Position numbers and translations under genes: made by a program. The notes beneath the pieces are model-generated. The model was not told where the DNA came from. It worked only from the letters and a program-made list of their open reading frames with translations, and did not search any database. DNA of 64,000 nt from Vulcanimicrobiota bacterium (lineage in GTDB: Bacteria > Vulcanimicrobiota > Xenobia > Xenobiales > JADMJV01). Positions 8,218 to 18,434 of this stretch are shown in pieces; position 1 is the stretch's first letter; every line of letters starts with the position of its first letter. The stretch is taken from the NCBI GenBank assembly GCA_050250895.1, contig JBFWNU010000005.1, positions 1-64,000 on the forward strand, in the 5' to 3' direction.

Positions 8218-10293
8218 TAGTGCTCTGACCCGTGCTTCCAGGGCTTCGGGCGTCAGTTGCGATAGGGAGGGGCTGCGAGTGCCCGAGCCAGGAAAGACCA
8301 TATACTCCACCTCGGGCCGGTGAGTGCCGCCCCGGTTGGGATGCGGATTGATGCCGAGCTGTTTGGCCGCCAGATACGAGACTTCGCCAATCTTGTTGCG
8401 CGGGCCGACATCGGCAAAGACGGCCGGGATGATCTTGTCGCCTCGCTTGATGAGCCCGAGGTCTCCGGGCTTGGCTCCAATCGACCGCATCACCTGAGGA
8501 GGCAACACGAAATAGGGCGTCTTGTCAGCGTTGGGATAGCCCTCGCGGCCGCGCAGTGAGGTGCGACTCTGGTGATAACTGTCGCCGTGGGAGGGGCCCG
8601 AACCGTCAGTGTCGATTTGGGCCCCGGCCCGGAAGTAGAGGCCCCGGTCGCTGCGGCGCGCTTCGGCCAGGGTTTTCAGGTTACCCAGGGAAGTGGGCCG
8701 GCCCGCTCTGCCATCGCGGAAAGCATCGGCGAAGCTGGTGGGCGAGCCGCTGCTGTTGGCCGGCGGGTCAACCTGCGGAGCGCCGCCATTGTTGGCCGGA
8801 GGGGCAGGCGTCGGGGCACCGCCGGGGGTGGGTTTGTTGGCGTCGATCAGCGAGTAGTCGAAGCCCTGGTTGCCACCGATCGCATTGGAAAATTGGCGGT
8901 AAACGTCCGGGCGCATGGTCTGGCAGCCGATCGATGAGCCGTGGTCCTGGAAACGGCCGTTGTGGAACAGGATGGCCGTGGCCTTGGTGTTGTTTTGCTC
9001 GGCAAACTGGCGCTCGGAGTCACTGATCTTGCCGTCGGCGTTACGGTCGCGATAGGCCGGCACGCTACCGCTGCTGTCCTGGGTCTTGACGTGATACGAC
9101 GGCATGCCGTAACGGTCCCCGTTGGGTGACACTTTGTAGTTGCCGGGCCGAAGCTGAGCCACGCCGCCGCTGGCGGGGCCGCGTTTCTGGCCGGCGTGGG
9201 CCGAGCCCTGGAAATACTGCACCGAGGGTTGACCGTCTTTGCCCTTCTTGAGCACCGCGAAGGTGTCGTTGTAGGGGCCGACATTGTCGCCGGAACTGTG
9301 GCGTTTGCCATCGGGGCTCAAACCGCGCAAGCCCACCACGGTGGTGCGGTTGGGGTCGAACTTGCCGCCGTTGGCTTCGACCAGACCTTTGAGATAGTCG
9401 TACTGGCCCTGGGTGTCGAGACCTTTGGGAATTTGGGGTAACTGACCAGCCTGAATGGCGCCCGCATTGCCGGCGTCGGTCTCGGTTCTGCCAGTGTCGG
9501 TCTTGCCAGTGTCGGATCTGCCGCCTTTGGTGTCGCGGGCCGGCGGAGTGGGACCCTGGGTTCGTCCCGTGTCGGCCTTGCCTTGGGTATCCCCGACAGG
9601 AGAGGGACCCTGGCGTGCGTTGGGGTCAGAGTGAAGCTCGTTGAGCTTCTTCTGGGTCTCGGGTCCGACGACGCCGTCGATATCTAGATTATGCTTCTTC
9701 TGGAAGTCGCGCACCGCCCTGGCGGTGTCCTGGCCGAACTTACCGTCGGTGTCGAGTTTGGCGCCGCCACGGTTGAGCATCTCTTGGAGACGTTCCACTT
9801 TGGGGCCGCTGCCGCCGGAACGGATCCTCTCGTTCTTGCCAAGACCCAGTCCGCCGTTGAGGGTGTCGGCGGTCTCGTTGCCCACGATTCCGTCGACGGC
9901 CAGGCCGTGCTCTTTCTGAAATGTGCGGACTCCATCAGCCGTGCCGGCGTCAAAATTGCCGGTCGGCTTCATCCCGAGGCGTTCCTGGATATGACGTGCC
10001 TGGTCTCCGGTCGCGCCCTGGGATACCTCTTGGCCGGGGCTGAGCTTGACCTGTTCGGGACCCAGTCCGACCGACGACCGAGCCCAGCTCAGGAAGTCGG
10101 GACTACTGCCAGAAGGCTTTTCCTGTCGCTCGGCCATGGATGCGCGCTGATAGGACTCGCTAGCCGGCTTTTCTTTGGGAGCGCCCTGGGCCGGCCGGGA
10201 GGCCGGAGCCTGGGGCCGAGCCGCTGGGCGGTTGGGAGCTTTAGGGGGGGTCTTTGGAGGGGACTTGGCTGGCGGCTTGGTAGAGGCTGACAC
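8203..10293 (-). CDS. Multidomain cell-wall-targeting protein: P/A/S-rich N-terminus, 2x peptidoglycan-binding domains, L,D-transpeptidase-like domain, GH75 chitosanase-like C-terminus
   Basis: FQKEHGLAVDGIVG and FQKKHNLDIDGVVGPET; ILFH...SSIGCQ; QIDTDG, PYFVLP and ADVGP..KIGEVS. Confidence 0.8.
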   Translation of the reverse strand: MSASTKPPAKSPPKTPPKAPNRPAARPQAPASRPAQGAPKEKPASESYQRASMAERQEKPSGSSPDFLSWARSSVGLGPEQVKLSPGQEVSQGATGDQARHIQERLGMKPTGNFDAGTADGVRTFQKEHGLAVDGIVGNETADTLNGGLGLGKNERIRSGGSGPKVERLQEMLNRGGAKLDTDGKFGQDTARAVRDFQKKHNLDIDGVVGPETQKKLNELHSDPNARQGPSPVGDTQGKADTGRTQGPTPPARDTKGGRSDTGKTDTGRTETDAGNAGAIQAGQLPQIPKGLDTQGQYDYLKGLVEANGGKFDPNRTTVVGLRGLSPDGKRHSSGDNVGPYNDTFAVLKKGKDGQPSVQYFQGSAHAGQKRGPASGGVAQLRPGNYKVSPNGDRYGMPSYHVKTQDSSGSVPAYRDRNADGKISDSERQFAEQNNTKATAILFHNGRFQDHGSSIGCQTMRPDVYRQFSNAIGGNQGFDYSLIDANKPTPGGAPTPAPPANNGGAPQVDPPANSSGSPTSFADAFRDGRAGRPTSLGNLKTLAEARRSDRGLYFRAGAQIDTDGSGPSHGDSYHQSRTSLRGREGYPNADKTPYFVLPPQVMRSIGAKPGDLGLIKRGDKIIPAVFADVGPRNKIGEVSYLAAKQLGINPHPNRGGTHRPEVEYMVFPGSGTRSPSLSQLTPEALEARVRALLAGG

Positions 10294-10415
10294 ACGAACT
10301 CCTCGTATTCTTTATACCTCGAGGATACCGGGTCTGTTTGTGGCCGAGTTTGCACATCGGGTAAACAGTGTTGCCAAAGTGTTAACTGGATGAGAATTTC
10401 TAAATATCTCGAGAC

Positions 10416-10447
10416 AAAAAGAGGGTGCCGGCTTTGGGCCGGCACCC
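10416..10447 (-). terminator. Rho-independent terminator of 10468-11730
   Basis: GGGTGCCGGC-ccaaa-GCCGGCACCC hairpin followed by TCTTTTT on the minus strand. Confidence 0.8.
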
Positions 10448-10467
10448 CGCACGTTCTATCCAGAGAC

Positions 10468-11730
10468 TTAATCGAAGGGGTTCAACCAGCTGAGCACGCG
10501 ACGGCCGCCATCCACCACCGCATTGCCGACGTCGGCGGCCGTGTTGATCACGGCTCGGCCGGTGTCGGCCACGAAATCCACGGTGGCGCGGGCCGCGTTG
10601 TCGACCCAACCGGCGGTGCGCTCGACCCAGTTGTCGTCGCTGTCGCCGGGCTGATTGAAGTAGCGGACCGAGCCGTCTTTCATGGTGGCCACGATCACCA
10701 CCTGGCCGTTCTCGAGCGTACGAACCTCGTGGCTGCGCACGTTCTCGAGATTGATGTCGCGGTTGCCGTTGCCGTTGCCGGTGGCCCAACTTGCGAAGCG
10801 TTCCAGCGGTCCATCGTCAGCGTCGCCGGCTCGAACCGTGGTGGTGACATCGTCACCCGGTGTTTGACCCGGGTTGACCGAGTCGACCTGACCGTTCGCG
10901 CGGATGGTGACACGGGTGTTGATATCACCGTCGGTGTCTTCGACGATGGCCCGGGAGTTGGTGTTGTTATTGACCACGGTGGTGGTGGTCTGAGCGGTCA
11001 AGTCGTTGCTGGTGGCCCGGGTCTGAGAGATGGTCGCACCGGGGGTCTCCCCCGCGGTCGTTTCGATGAAGCCGCCATCGTTGACGCGGGTCGTCACGGT
11101 CATGCGAGCGTCGCGGACCTCGTTCATCGTGCGGACTTCGGCCTGGTTAGGAGTAACGTGGATCCGCTGTTGACCGACGTCCTGACGACCGGCAATCAGC
11201 CGACCCGGGTGATCGCTGTCGAGGTGCTGGCGATTGCAGACCTGAGGTTGGCGATACATGTTTTGCATGGCCATCATCTGCATCATCTGTTGTTGCTGTT
11301 GCATCATATACATCTGCATGTACATGTTCATCATGGCCGCATTGCGCTGCTGGCTCATCTGTAACAGTCCCATGTAGGGGGCCATCTCGGGACCAAAGCC
11401 GTAGCCGTAGGCCGACGGCCCGAACCCGAACGAGCCTGGCATCCCAAACGAGCCGGGGTAGTTGCCGCAGCCGCCGCCCATCTGGTTGGCCATGTTGCCA
11501 CCCATCCAGGCGCCCTGGTAAGGGTTATGACAAGAGCAGCCGCAGTTGAGGGCCTGACCCGAGAAGCCGTTGGGTTGGTAGGGCGTGGGGGCACCCAGCG
11601 CCTGGTTGAGTCCGCCGAAAAGTTGATTGGAAAAGAGTCCGAGCAGGCCGCCGATGATGGCGCCCGGGCCAGGGCACATCAATCCACCGATGAGCGCGCC
11701 CGCCAGGCCGCCCATGAAGTTGAGTTGCAT
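10468..11730 (-). CDS. Hypothetical protein: glycine-zipper N-terminus, Met/Gln-rich linker, Thr/Asn/Asp-rich C-terminal domain
   Basis: AGGAG RBS; GGLAGALIGG..GAIIGGLLG; MMNMYMQMYMMQQQQQMMQMM; downstream terminator. Confidence 0.8.
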   Translation of the reverse strand: MQLNFMGGLAGALIGGLMCPGPGAIIGGLLGLFSNQLFGGLNQALGAPTPYQPNGFSGQALNCGCSCHNPYQGAWMGGNMANQMGGGCGNYPGSFGMPGSFGFGPSAYGYGFGPEMAPYMGLLQMSQQRNAAMMNMYMQMYMMQQQQQMMQMMAMQNMYRQPQVCNRQHLDSDHPGRLIAGRQDVGQQRIHVTPNQAEVRTMNEVRDARMTVTTRVNDGGFIETTAGETPGATISQTRATSNDLTAQTTTTVVNNNTNSRAIVEDTDGDINTRVTIRANGQVDSVNPGQTPGDDVTTTVRAGDADDGPLERFASWATGNGNGNRDINLENVRSHEVRTLENGQVVIVATMKDGSVRYFNQPGDSDDNWVERTAGWVDNAARATVDFVADTGRAVINTAADVGNAVVDGGRRVLSWLNPFD

Positions 11731-11901
11731 TTGGTATCTCCTGCGATGAGAAGTTGCGACCGGCGTTCTCTTTTAGGCGTGGATCGCTCGACTCGCATGA
11801 TGAGTATCACGCAAGACAAGACGGCCGTTAAGGCTTTAACAAAAGTTTTACAAACAGGGTGCTGGATTGAGGTCGGAAGTCAGCCATTGGCCAGCAGGGA
11901 G

Positions 11902-12381
11902 CTAGCGAACCCTGGACCCCAGAAAGGAGTTGAAGAACCAATTCAGGACGGCGAAGGCCTCTCCCATCGAGCCGCCGCTCCTCTGGTGACCCTCACGCAC
12001 CTGGTCGGTGACGAGCTCGTCTCCGGATAGGCCCCGGTTCTTGTAAATCTGGGTCACCTTGCGTAGCTCGCCGTGGTCGAACCAGATGCCGCGACAGGCC
12101 CGGCAAACGTCCAGCGCGATGCCGCCCACCAGTGGCCGTTCCATGCCCTGGCGGCAACGAGGGCATCGACGCGCCGCCGCCGAGATTTCATAGGTGTGGG
12201 TGGCCGACCCACCACCGGCCGGATTGAGGCGCTTCATCAGGTCAGGACTCTTGTAGAACGTGGCCAATTCGCCCGCGTCAAACCAGATACCGAGACAGTT
12301 CGGACAGGTATCGACTTCGAGACCGGTGCTTCCGTCCTTAAGCAGTTCCAACCCTTGCTTGCTGCAGACCGGACAAACCAT
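11902..12381 (-). CDS. Tandem zf-TFIIB-like zinc ribbon protein
   Basis: Two CPxC...D.CxxCxGIWFDxGEL units. Confidence 0.88.
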   Translation of the reverse strand: MVCPVCSKQGLELLKDGSTGLEVDTCPNCLGIWFDAGELATFYKSPDLMKRLNPAGGGSATHTYEISAAARRCPRCRQGMERPLVGGIALDVCRACRGIWFDHGELRKVTQIYKNRGLSGDELVTDQVREGHQRSGGSMGEAFAVLNWFFNSFLGSRVR

Positions 12382-12424
12382 GGTCTGGCTATATACGCGA
12401 GTCGGCGCCGGGTGGCCTTCTGCT

Positions 12425-12457
12425 CAAAAGGAGAGCGGCGCCGTTGGCGCCGCTCTC
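12425..12457 (-). terminator. Rho-independent terminator of the lipoprotein gene
   Basis: GAGAGCGGCGCC-aac-GGCGCCGCTCTC hairpin followed by CTTTT. Confidence 0.75.
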
Positions 12458-12462
12458 TTCTA

Positions 12463-12852
12463 CTAGTGGGATTCGTCCGAGTTCTCAGCCGGGGCGGCGT
12501 CCGTCATCGGCGTCTCTCCCTCGGCCGGGGCGCCATCCACGGTGGCCTCGCCTTCGGCCGGCGCACCATCCATGGTGGCCGGCGCCTCCGCCGGTGCCCC
12601 ATCCATGGTGGTGGGAGCTTCGCCGGCAGGCGCTCCGTCCATACTGGTCGGAGTCTCTTCCCCGGTGGCCGGGGCCGTGTCGGTGGCTGGGGCTGTGTCG
12701 GTGGCCGGGGCGGTTTGGCCTGGCGGCGGGACCTCCGCAGGCTGAGTCGCAGCCGGAGGAGGGGTAGGGGTCCCCTCGTTGACTTGACCTTGATTGCAGC
12801 CCGCGACCAGAGTGGCCAGCAGAAGGGCTCCAACTAGAAAGATACGGTTCAT
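12463..12852 (-). CDS. Low-complexity Pro/Ala/Thr-rich lipoprotein
   Basis: Lipobox LVAGC; APATDT and (M/V)DGAPA repeats; GAGG RBS. Confidence 0.8.
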   Translation of the reverse strand: MNRIFLVGALLLATLVAGCNQGQVNEGTPTPPPAATQPAEVPPPGQTAPATDTAPATDTAPATGEETPTSMDGAPAGEAPTTMDGAPAEAPATMDGAPAEGEATVDGAPAEGETPMTDAAPAENSDESH

Positions 12853-12895
12853 AAAATCCTCTCCCATGATGTGATGAGGGGTTAGCCTCATCTAG

Positions 12896-12960
12896 AATGT
12901 AGACGAACCGGGTCAAGCTTCCCTCAAGATGCCTGCCCGGCCGCGTCAATTTTGTGTCAA
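12896..12960 (-). promoter_or_regulatory. Four-pentamer direct-repeat array plus -10: TTGAC-N6-TTGAC-N17-TTGAG-N6-TTGAC-N10-TACATT
   Basis: Read directly on the minus strand; 11/22/11-bp periodicity. Confidence 0.7.
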
Positions 12961-12999
12961 GGTTCTCTTGATAGTTCCTTGCTGTCAGGTGCGAGCGAT

Positions 13000-13031
13000 T
13001 TGACCTCGACTTGACCCGCCCCTGTTAGAGT
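13000..13031 (+). promoter_or_regulatory. TTGAC-N6-TTGAC-N10-TAGAGT, 6 nt before the nupC GTG
   Basis: Read directly; same geometry as eight other sites. Confidence 0.7.
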
Positions 13032-13037
13032 AAAGGC

Positions 13038-14288
13038 GTGTATCAGCTAGTCAGCGGCCTGGGCGTCGCCGCCCTGTTAGCCATCGCCTATGTCTTTTCG
13101 GAAAATAGGAAAGCTGTGTCCTGGCGGTTGGTGGCCGTGGGAACCGGATTGCAGTTTCTATTGGCTGGGCTGGTGCTAAAGACCAGCCCGGGACGTTGGG
13201 TCTTTGCCTGGTTTAATGACCTGATCGGTGCAATTCTCGGCTATGGAGAGGCGGGAACGCGCTTCGTCTTCAGCGAGAAACTCACCGACCCTGGCGCGTT
13301 TGGCGACATGGTCTTCGCTTTCAAGGTATTGCCCACCATCATTTTCTTTTCGGCCATGATGAGCGTGCTGTACTACCTGGGGGTGATGCAATGGGTGGTC
13401 GCCGGTCTTTCGCGGCTGATGATGAGGGCGCTGGGCACCTCCGGAGCCGAGACCCTCTCCTGCGCTGCCAACATCTTTGTCGGTCAGACCGAAGCGCCCC
13501 TCCTTATCCGTCCCTATGTCGAGCGCATGACACGTTCCGAGTTGATGACGGTGATGACCGGCGGGTTCGCGACCGTGGCCGGGGGGGTCATGGCCGCCTA
13601 TGTGGCCATGCTTAGCGACCGCTTTCCCAGCATCGCCGGTCATCTCATGGCGGCCTCCGTCATGTCGGCTCCGGCGGCGCTCGTGATGGCCAAGATCCTG
13701 ATCCCCGAAACCGAAGAGCCAGCCACCCGAGGAGAGATCGCCATCGACGTGCCGGTCAAGGATGCTAACGTCATCGAGGCGGCCGCCGCTGGAGCCAGCG
13801 ATGGTGTATCGTTGGCCCTCAACGTGGCTGGAATGCTGGTGGCTTTCATCGGACTGGTGGCGCTGGCCGATGGCGGTCTGCACCACCTGGGGCTGCTTCT
13901 GGGCTACGAGAACTGGAACTTGAGTGCCGTCTTCAGCCTGGTCTTTTATCCCTTCGCTCTGTTGTTGGGCGTCCCGCCGGCCGAGGCCGGGACGGTGGCC
14001 AGACTGCTAGGCCAGAAGGTCGTCCTCAACGAGTTCTACGCGTACTCCCAACTGAGCTTGCTCCTCCACGGCTCAACCCAGGTCTTGTCCGAACGCTCGG
14101 TCACCCTGGTGACCTATGCCCTGTGCGGTTTCTCGAATTACTCGTCGATCGGTATCCAGATTGCCGGCATCGGCGGTATCGCGCCGGGACGGCGCTCGGA
14201 TCTGGCCCGTCTCGGGTTGGCGGCTATGTTGGCCGGAAACCTGGCTTGTCTACAAACGGCCTGTGTGACCGGGGTTTTGGTGAGGTGA
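13038..14288 (+). CDS. nupC: CNT/NupC-family Na+/H+:nucleoside symporter
   Basis: VLPTIIFFSA, ANIFVGQTEAP, MTGGFATVAG, MSAPAA and ALCGFSN. Confidence 0.93.
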   Translation: MYQLVSGLGVAALLAIAYVFSENRKAVSWRLVAVGTGLQFLLAGLVLKTSPGRWVFAWFNDLIGAILGYGEAGTRFVFSEKLTDPGAFGDMVFAFKVLPTIIFFSAMMSVLYYLGVMQWVVAGLSRLMMRALGTSGAETLSCAANIFVGQTEAPLLIRPYVERMTRSELMTVMTGGFATVAGGVMAAYVAMLSDRFPSIAGHLMAASVMSAPAALVMAKILIPETEEPATRGEIAIDVPVKDANVIEAAAAGASDGVSLALNVAGMLVAFIGLVALADGGLHHLGLLLGYENWNLSAVFSLVFYPFALLLGVPPAEAGTVARLLGQKVVLNEFYAYSQLSLLLHGSTQVLSERSVTLVTYALCGFSNYSSIGIQIAGIGGIAPGRRSDLARLGLAAMLAGNLACLQTACVTGVLVR

Positions 14289-15417
14289 CCCTGAGTCTTC
14301 CAGGAGTCCCCCTGCCCTCGCGCCGAACCCTGGGTCCGGTGTTCGAACACGAAGCCTTCCCGGTCTGGCGTCCGGTCCAGTTGCTTTTCTCGGTTCTACT
14401 GGTGGCAATGGTCACGGTCGGAGCGCTGGCCCTGGGAGTCGTCACTCAGGCCAACCTGGTGATGTTCTATCTGCTGGTGGTTGTCTTTGCTGCCTCGCGC
14501 TGGGGCAAGGGCCCGGCCGCCCTGGCGGCCCTGACGTCGGTTTTGGCCTTTGACTTCTTCTTCGTCCCGCCTTACCAGTTGTTGACCTTTTCTGTGCGGG
14601 ACACCGAGCACTTCGTGACGTTCGTCTGTTTCATGGTGGTCGGCTTGCTGGTGGCCGATTGGACCTCACGCATCCGTGGTCTGGCCCGCGACCGGCTGAG
14701 CTTGCTCGAAGAGGCCAGGGCGGTCGAGTTGCTCCGTGAAAAGGAGCGCCTCCAGGACGCCCTGCTCAATTCGATCTCTCACGACCTGCAAACACCGATC
14801 TCGTCTATCGTAGGAGCCCTGGACGGACTGTGTGATACCAGCATCAACCTCGACCAGGAGTCTCGCCAGAGCCTGCTCGAGACGGCCCGCAGCGAAACCC
14901 ATCGCCTGCACCGCCTGGTGCGGAATCTACTCGATCTCACTCGGCTCGAGAGCGGTCCGCGTTTGAAGTTGGAAGAGTGTGACCTGACCGACCTGGTGGG
15001 AACGGCCCTGAGCCAATTGGAGGACGCCCTGGGAGCGCGCCAGGTGCGCCTGGATTTTGAGCCGGAGGCCCCGGTGCTCGAAGTGGATTTCGTGCTCTTC
15101 GTTCAGGTGCTGGTCAATCTGATCGACAATGCCGTAAAATATTCTCCGGCTGAATCGGCTATCGAACTGCGCTATCGAGTTGACCCTCAGGGAGTTCGGT
15201 TGGAAGTGCTGGACCGAGGCAGTGGGATCGCTGAGGCGGACCGCGAGCGGGTTTTCGAGAAGTTCTTCCGGCGTTCGGATACCAATACCTCAGGTTCGGG
15301 GCTGGGACTTGCCATCAGCCGAGGTCTGGTCGAAGCTCACGGCGGGCGGCTGACGGCCACCGCCCGGCCCGACGGCGGAGCGAGCCTGTTGATCTGGCTG
15401 CCAACGGAGCGAAGCTT

Positions 15418-15421
<4 letters not shown>
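14285..15421 (+). CDS. Truncated KdpD-like sensor histidine kinase (DUF4118 TM + HisKA + HATPase)
   Basis: AFDFFFVPP, LLNSISHDLQTP, NLIDNAVKYSP and GSGLGLAI; lacks KdpD N-terminal, Usp and GAF domains; GTG overlaps the nupC stop. Confidence 0.88.
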
Positions 15422-16104
<683 letters not shown>

Positions 16105-16214
16105 TGGGTTCGCTAGCGAACGGACGCTCGCCAGGGCTTTGACTGGCAAAGTGCCGTCACCACTTGATTCTGTCCCCTTGACTCGTGTTCGCCGAGACTG
16201 AACTAGCAACATCC

Positions 16215-16246
16215 CGGACACAACCTGGATACTTCCCGGGTAGGCT
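16215..16246 (+). promoter_or_regulatory. Variant direct-repeat promoter CGGAC-N6-TGGAT-N10-TAGGCT upstream of the first recQ
   Basis: CCGGACAC and CTGGATAC are 11 bp apart with the same spacing to -10. Confidence 0.4.
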
Positions 16247-16288
16247 GACGGCAAACTGTGACCTTCATCCTGGAGTTGGAGGTGCACT

Positions 16289-17662
16289 ATGCAAGCATTA
16301 TTGAATAAACTAGGTTATTCTCACTTTCGACCCGGCCAGCGCGAAGCTCTGGCTGCTCTTTACGAAGGGCTCGACGTGTTGGCGGTCATGCCGACGGGAG
16401 CGGGCAAGTCCCTGATCTATCAACTTGGCTCCCAGGCCGTCGAAGGCCTCACCCTGGTGGTCTCGCCCCTGATCTCCTTGATGCAGGATCAGGTGGCGCG
16501 TCTGGAAGGGCGTGGATTTGCCGCCACCTATCTCGCCTCGAGCCTGGGCGCCGACGAGCATCACCAGCGACTGGAGGCGGTCCAAAGAGGACACATCCGT
16601 CTGCTGTTCGTGGCTCCAGAAAGGCTGCAGTCGATCCCCTTCCGGCGCACACTGGCCAATCACCAGGTAGGCCTGCTAGCGATCGACGAGGCCCATTGCA
16701 TCTCGCAGTGGGGCCACGACTTTCGCCCCGACTATCGGCGCCTGGCCCAGCTCCGCCGCGAGCTGGGCTGCCCCTTGACGGTGGCCATGACGGCCACGGC
16801 CACTCCGGATGTTCAGGGCGACATCCTGCGCTGTCTCGAGATCGAGCAGGCCGTTCGAGTGGTGACCGGCTTTGACCGTCCCAACCTGGCCCTGAAGGTT
16901 CTGACCACCCCGGGTGGCGCCTACAAGGACGAGGTTCTCGCCGGGCTGGTCGCGGCCCATCTGAATCAGGTCATTCTGGTTTACGTCGGGACCCGCGCCG
17001 AATCCGAGCGGCTGAGCCTGGAACTGTCCGGCCTGCGGCCGACGATCTGCTATCACGGTGGCCTGCCCACCAAGGTCCGGACCGAGGCCTTGCAGCGGTT
17101 TTCGACCGAGGCCAACCCCCTGGTGGTGGCCACCAACGCTTTCGGCATGGGCATCGACCGGCCCGACGTGCGCCTGGTGATCCATCATCAGATGCCAGGC
17201 ACGCTAGAGGCCTACTATCAAGAGGTGGGCCGGGCCGGACGAGACGGTAAACTGGCCGAGGGCGTCTTGCTGTTCGACCGCGAAGACCGCAAGTTGCACG
17301 AGTGGTTCATCAACCGGGCCTTTCCAACCCTCGAGAAGCTCCACGAGACCCACCTCAAACTGAGTCAGGGTGTCTCGTTTCGGCGCCTCAATCAGGTGGC
17401 CGTGGCCCAACTGGAGAAGGCCGGCCTGGTGACCAGGGTGGGACCAGGTCGATTCGTGACCCAACCCTGGACGCCGCGGCCTCTGGCTCGCCAGCTCGAC
17501 GCCTCGGCAAACTACCGTCACCATCGCCATCGACAACTCGAGAAGATGATCGCATACGCCGACGCCACGGTTTGCAGGCGCGGCCTGATCGTCAATCATT
17601 TCGGACAGAACCGGTTCACCGCCAGCAAACCGTGCTGCGACAACTGTCGGTCGTCGGGGTGA
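16289..17662 (+). CDS. recQ: RecQ-family ATP-dependent DNA helicase (short, no HRDC)
   Basis: MPTGAGKS, DEAHCISQWGHDFRPDY, AFGMGID, YYQEVGRAGRDG and Zn motif CRR..CCDNC. Confidence 0.92.
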   Translation: MQALLNKLGYSHFRPGQREALAALYEGLDVLAVMPTGAGKSLIYQLGSQAVEGLTLVVSPLISLMQDQVARLEGRGFAATYLASSLGADEHHQRLEAVQRGHIRLLFVAPERLQSIPFRRTLANHQVGLLAIDEAHCISQWGHDFRPDYRRLAQLRRELGCPLTVAMTATATPDVQGDILRCLEIEQAVRVVTGFDRPNLALKVLTTPGGAYKDEVLAGLVAAHLNQVILVYVGTRAESERLSLELSGLRPTICYHGGLPTKVRTEALQRFSTEANPLVVATNAFGMGIDRPDVRLVIHHQMPGTLEAYYQEVGRAGRDGKLAEGVLLFDREDRKLHEWFINRAFPTLEKLHETHLKLSQGVSFRRLNQVAVAQLEKAGLVTRVGPGRFVTQPWTPRPLARQLDASANYRHHRHRQLEKMIAYADATVCRRGLIVNHFGQNRFTASKPCCDNCRSSG

Positions 17663-17801
17663 GGATTGTAACAAATCCCTAACATCCCCTCTCTTTACCA
17701 TCCACCCCTCCGGTCGTGATGACTAACTTGCAGGAGGTTCTGCGACGGGCGCCAGACCGGTCGCCGATGCCCCCTAGTCTCACACAGGAGGGGTTTCTGT
17801 C

Positions 17802-18434
17802 ATGCGCCGTTTACACGACCTGCCAACGATCGCGCCCACCCCCGACACCCTGTACGTGAGTCATCTACCACGTCCCTCGGTGGCCGGGCTGCGCTTCCGT
17901 CGCCGAGTGGAAGAGTTCGTAGAGTTTTTCGAAGCCTTCTTCACCTGGCTGGCCGAGGGAACCCGGGCCCTGCTGACGGCCACCCTGACCTTCTGCTGGC
18001 AGGTCTCGCGTTGCGCGATGGTGCTCGCCTTCTCGCTCTGGTTGTTGATTCCGGGGCAGGCCGTCGAGCCCGGTCCCAGATTGGTCGACGCCAGTCAGGC
18101 CGTCGTCGACTTTCACCGCGCCCTCGAGGGCCGGGCCTATCAGGCGGCCTACGGCCAGATGAGCCCTGCCTGGCAGGCTCAGCTCGGCTTTGAACCGTTC
18201 GTACGCGGCTTCCACGGATCGAGTTTGAGCCATCTGCAGGTGGTCGCCGTCGAGCCGCTGACTCGCGAGCTGGCCCGGGTCCAGGTGGTGCTTCGAGTGA
18301 GCCGGGGCGGGCACGCAGTGGATTACTACGGCCACTACGCGGTGCGCTTCAACGGTCGCGGCTGGGCCCTCGACAGCGGCAAACTCAAGCCTCGGACCCG
18401 GATGGTGGGCCAGCGTCTAGCCCCAATTCTCTAA
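17802..18434 (+). CDS. Hypothetical membrane protein with NTF2-like C-terminal domain
   Basis: GGAGG RBS; TM segment; V.DFH.AL....Y..AY..MSP.W pattern. Confidence 0.65.
   Translation: MRRLHDLPTIAPTPDTLYVSHLPRPSVAGLRFRRRVEEFVEFFEAFFTWLAEGTRALLTATLTFCWQVSRCAMVLAFSLWLLIPGQAVEPGPRLVDASQAVVDFHRALEGRAYQAAYGQMSPAWQAQLGFEPFVRGFHGSSLSHLQVVAVEPLTRELARVQVVLRVSRGGHAVDYYGHYAVRFNGRGWALDSGKLKPRTRMVGQRLAPIL

Noticed and set aside
10300-10410. TTCAG-type box upstream of the cell-wall enzyme
   Set aside because: Only an AACACT 11-bp repeat was found, without the N10 spacing to a -10; not included in the regulon.
10390-11364. 324-aa plus-strand ORF and similar long antisense ORFs (e.g. 21625-22977, 32171-33298, 40737-41993, 46315-47628, 56524-57546)
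   Set aside because: They overlap well-supported genes on the opposite strand, as is typical of high-GC shadow ORFs, and have no motifs.
17668-17701. GTAAC-N6-CTAAC repeat upstream of 17802
   Set aside because: The distance to the candidate -10 TACCAT is 12 nt, not 10; too weak to call.
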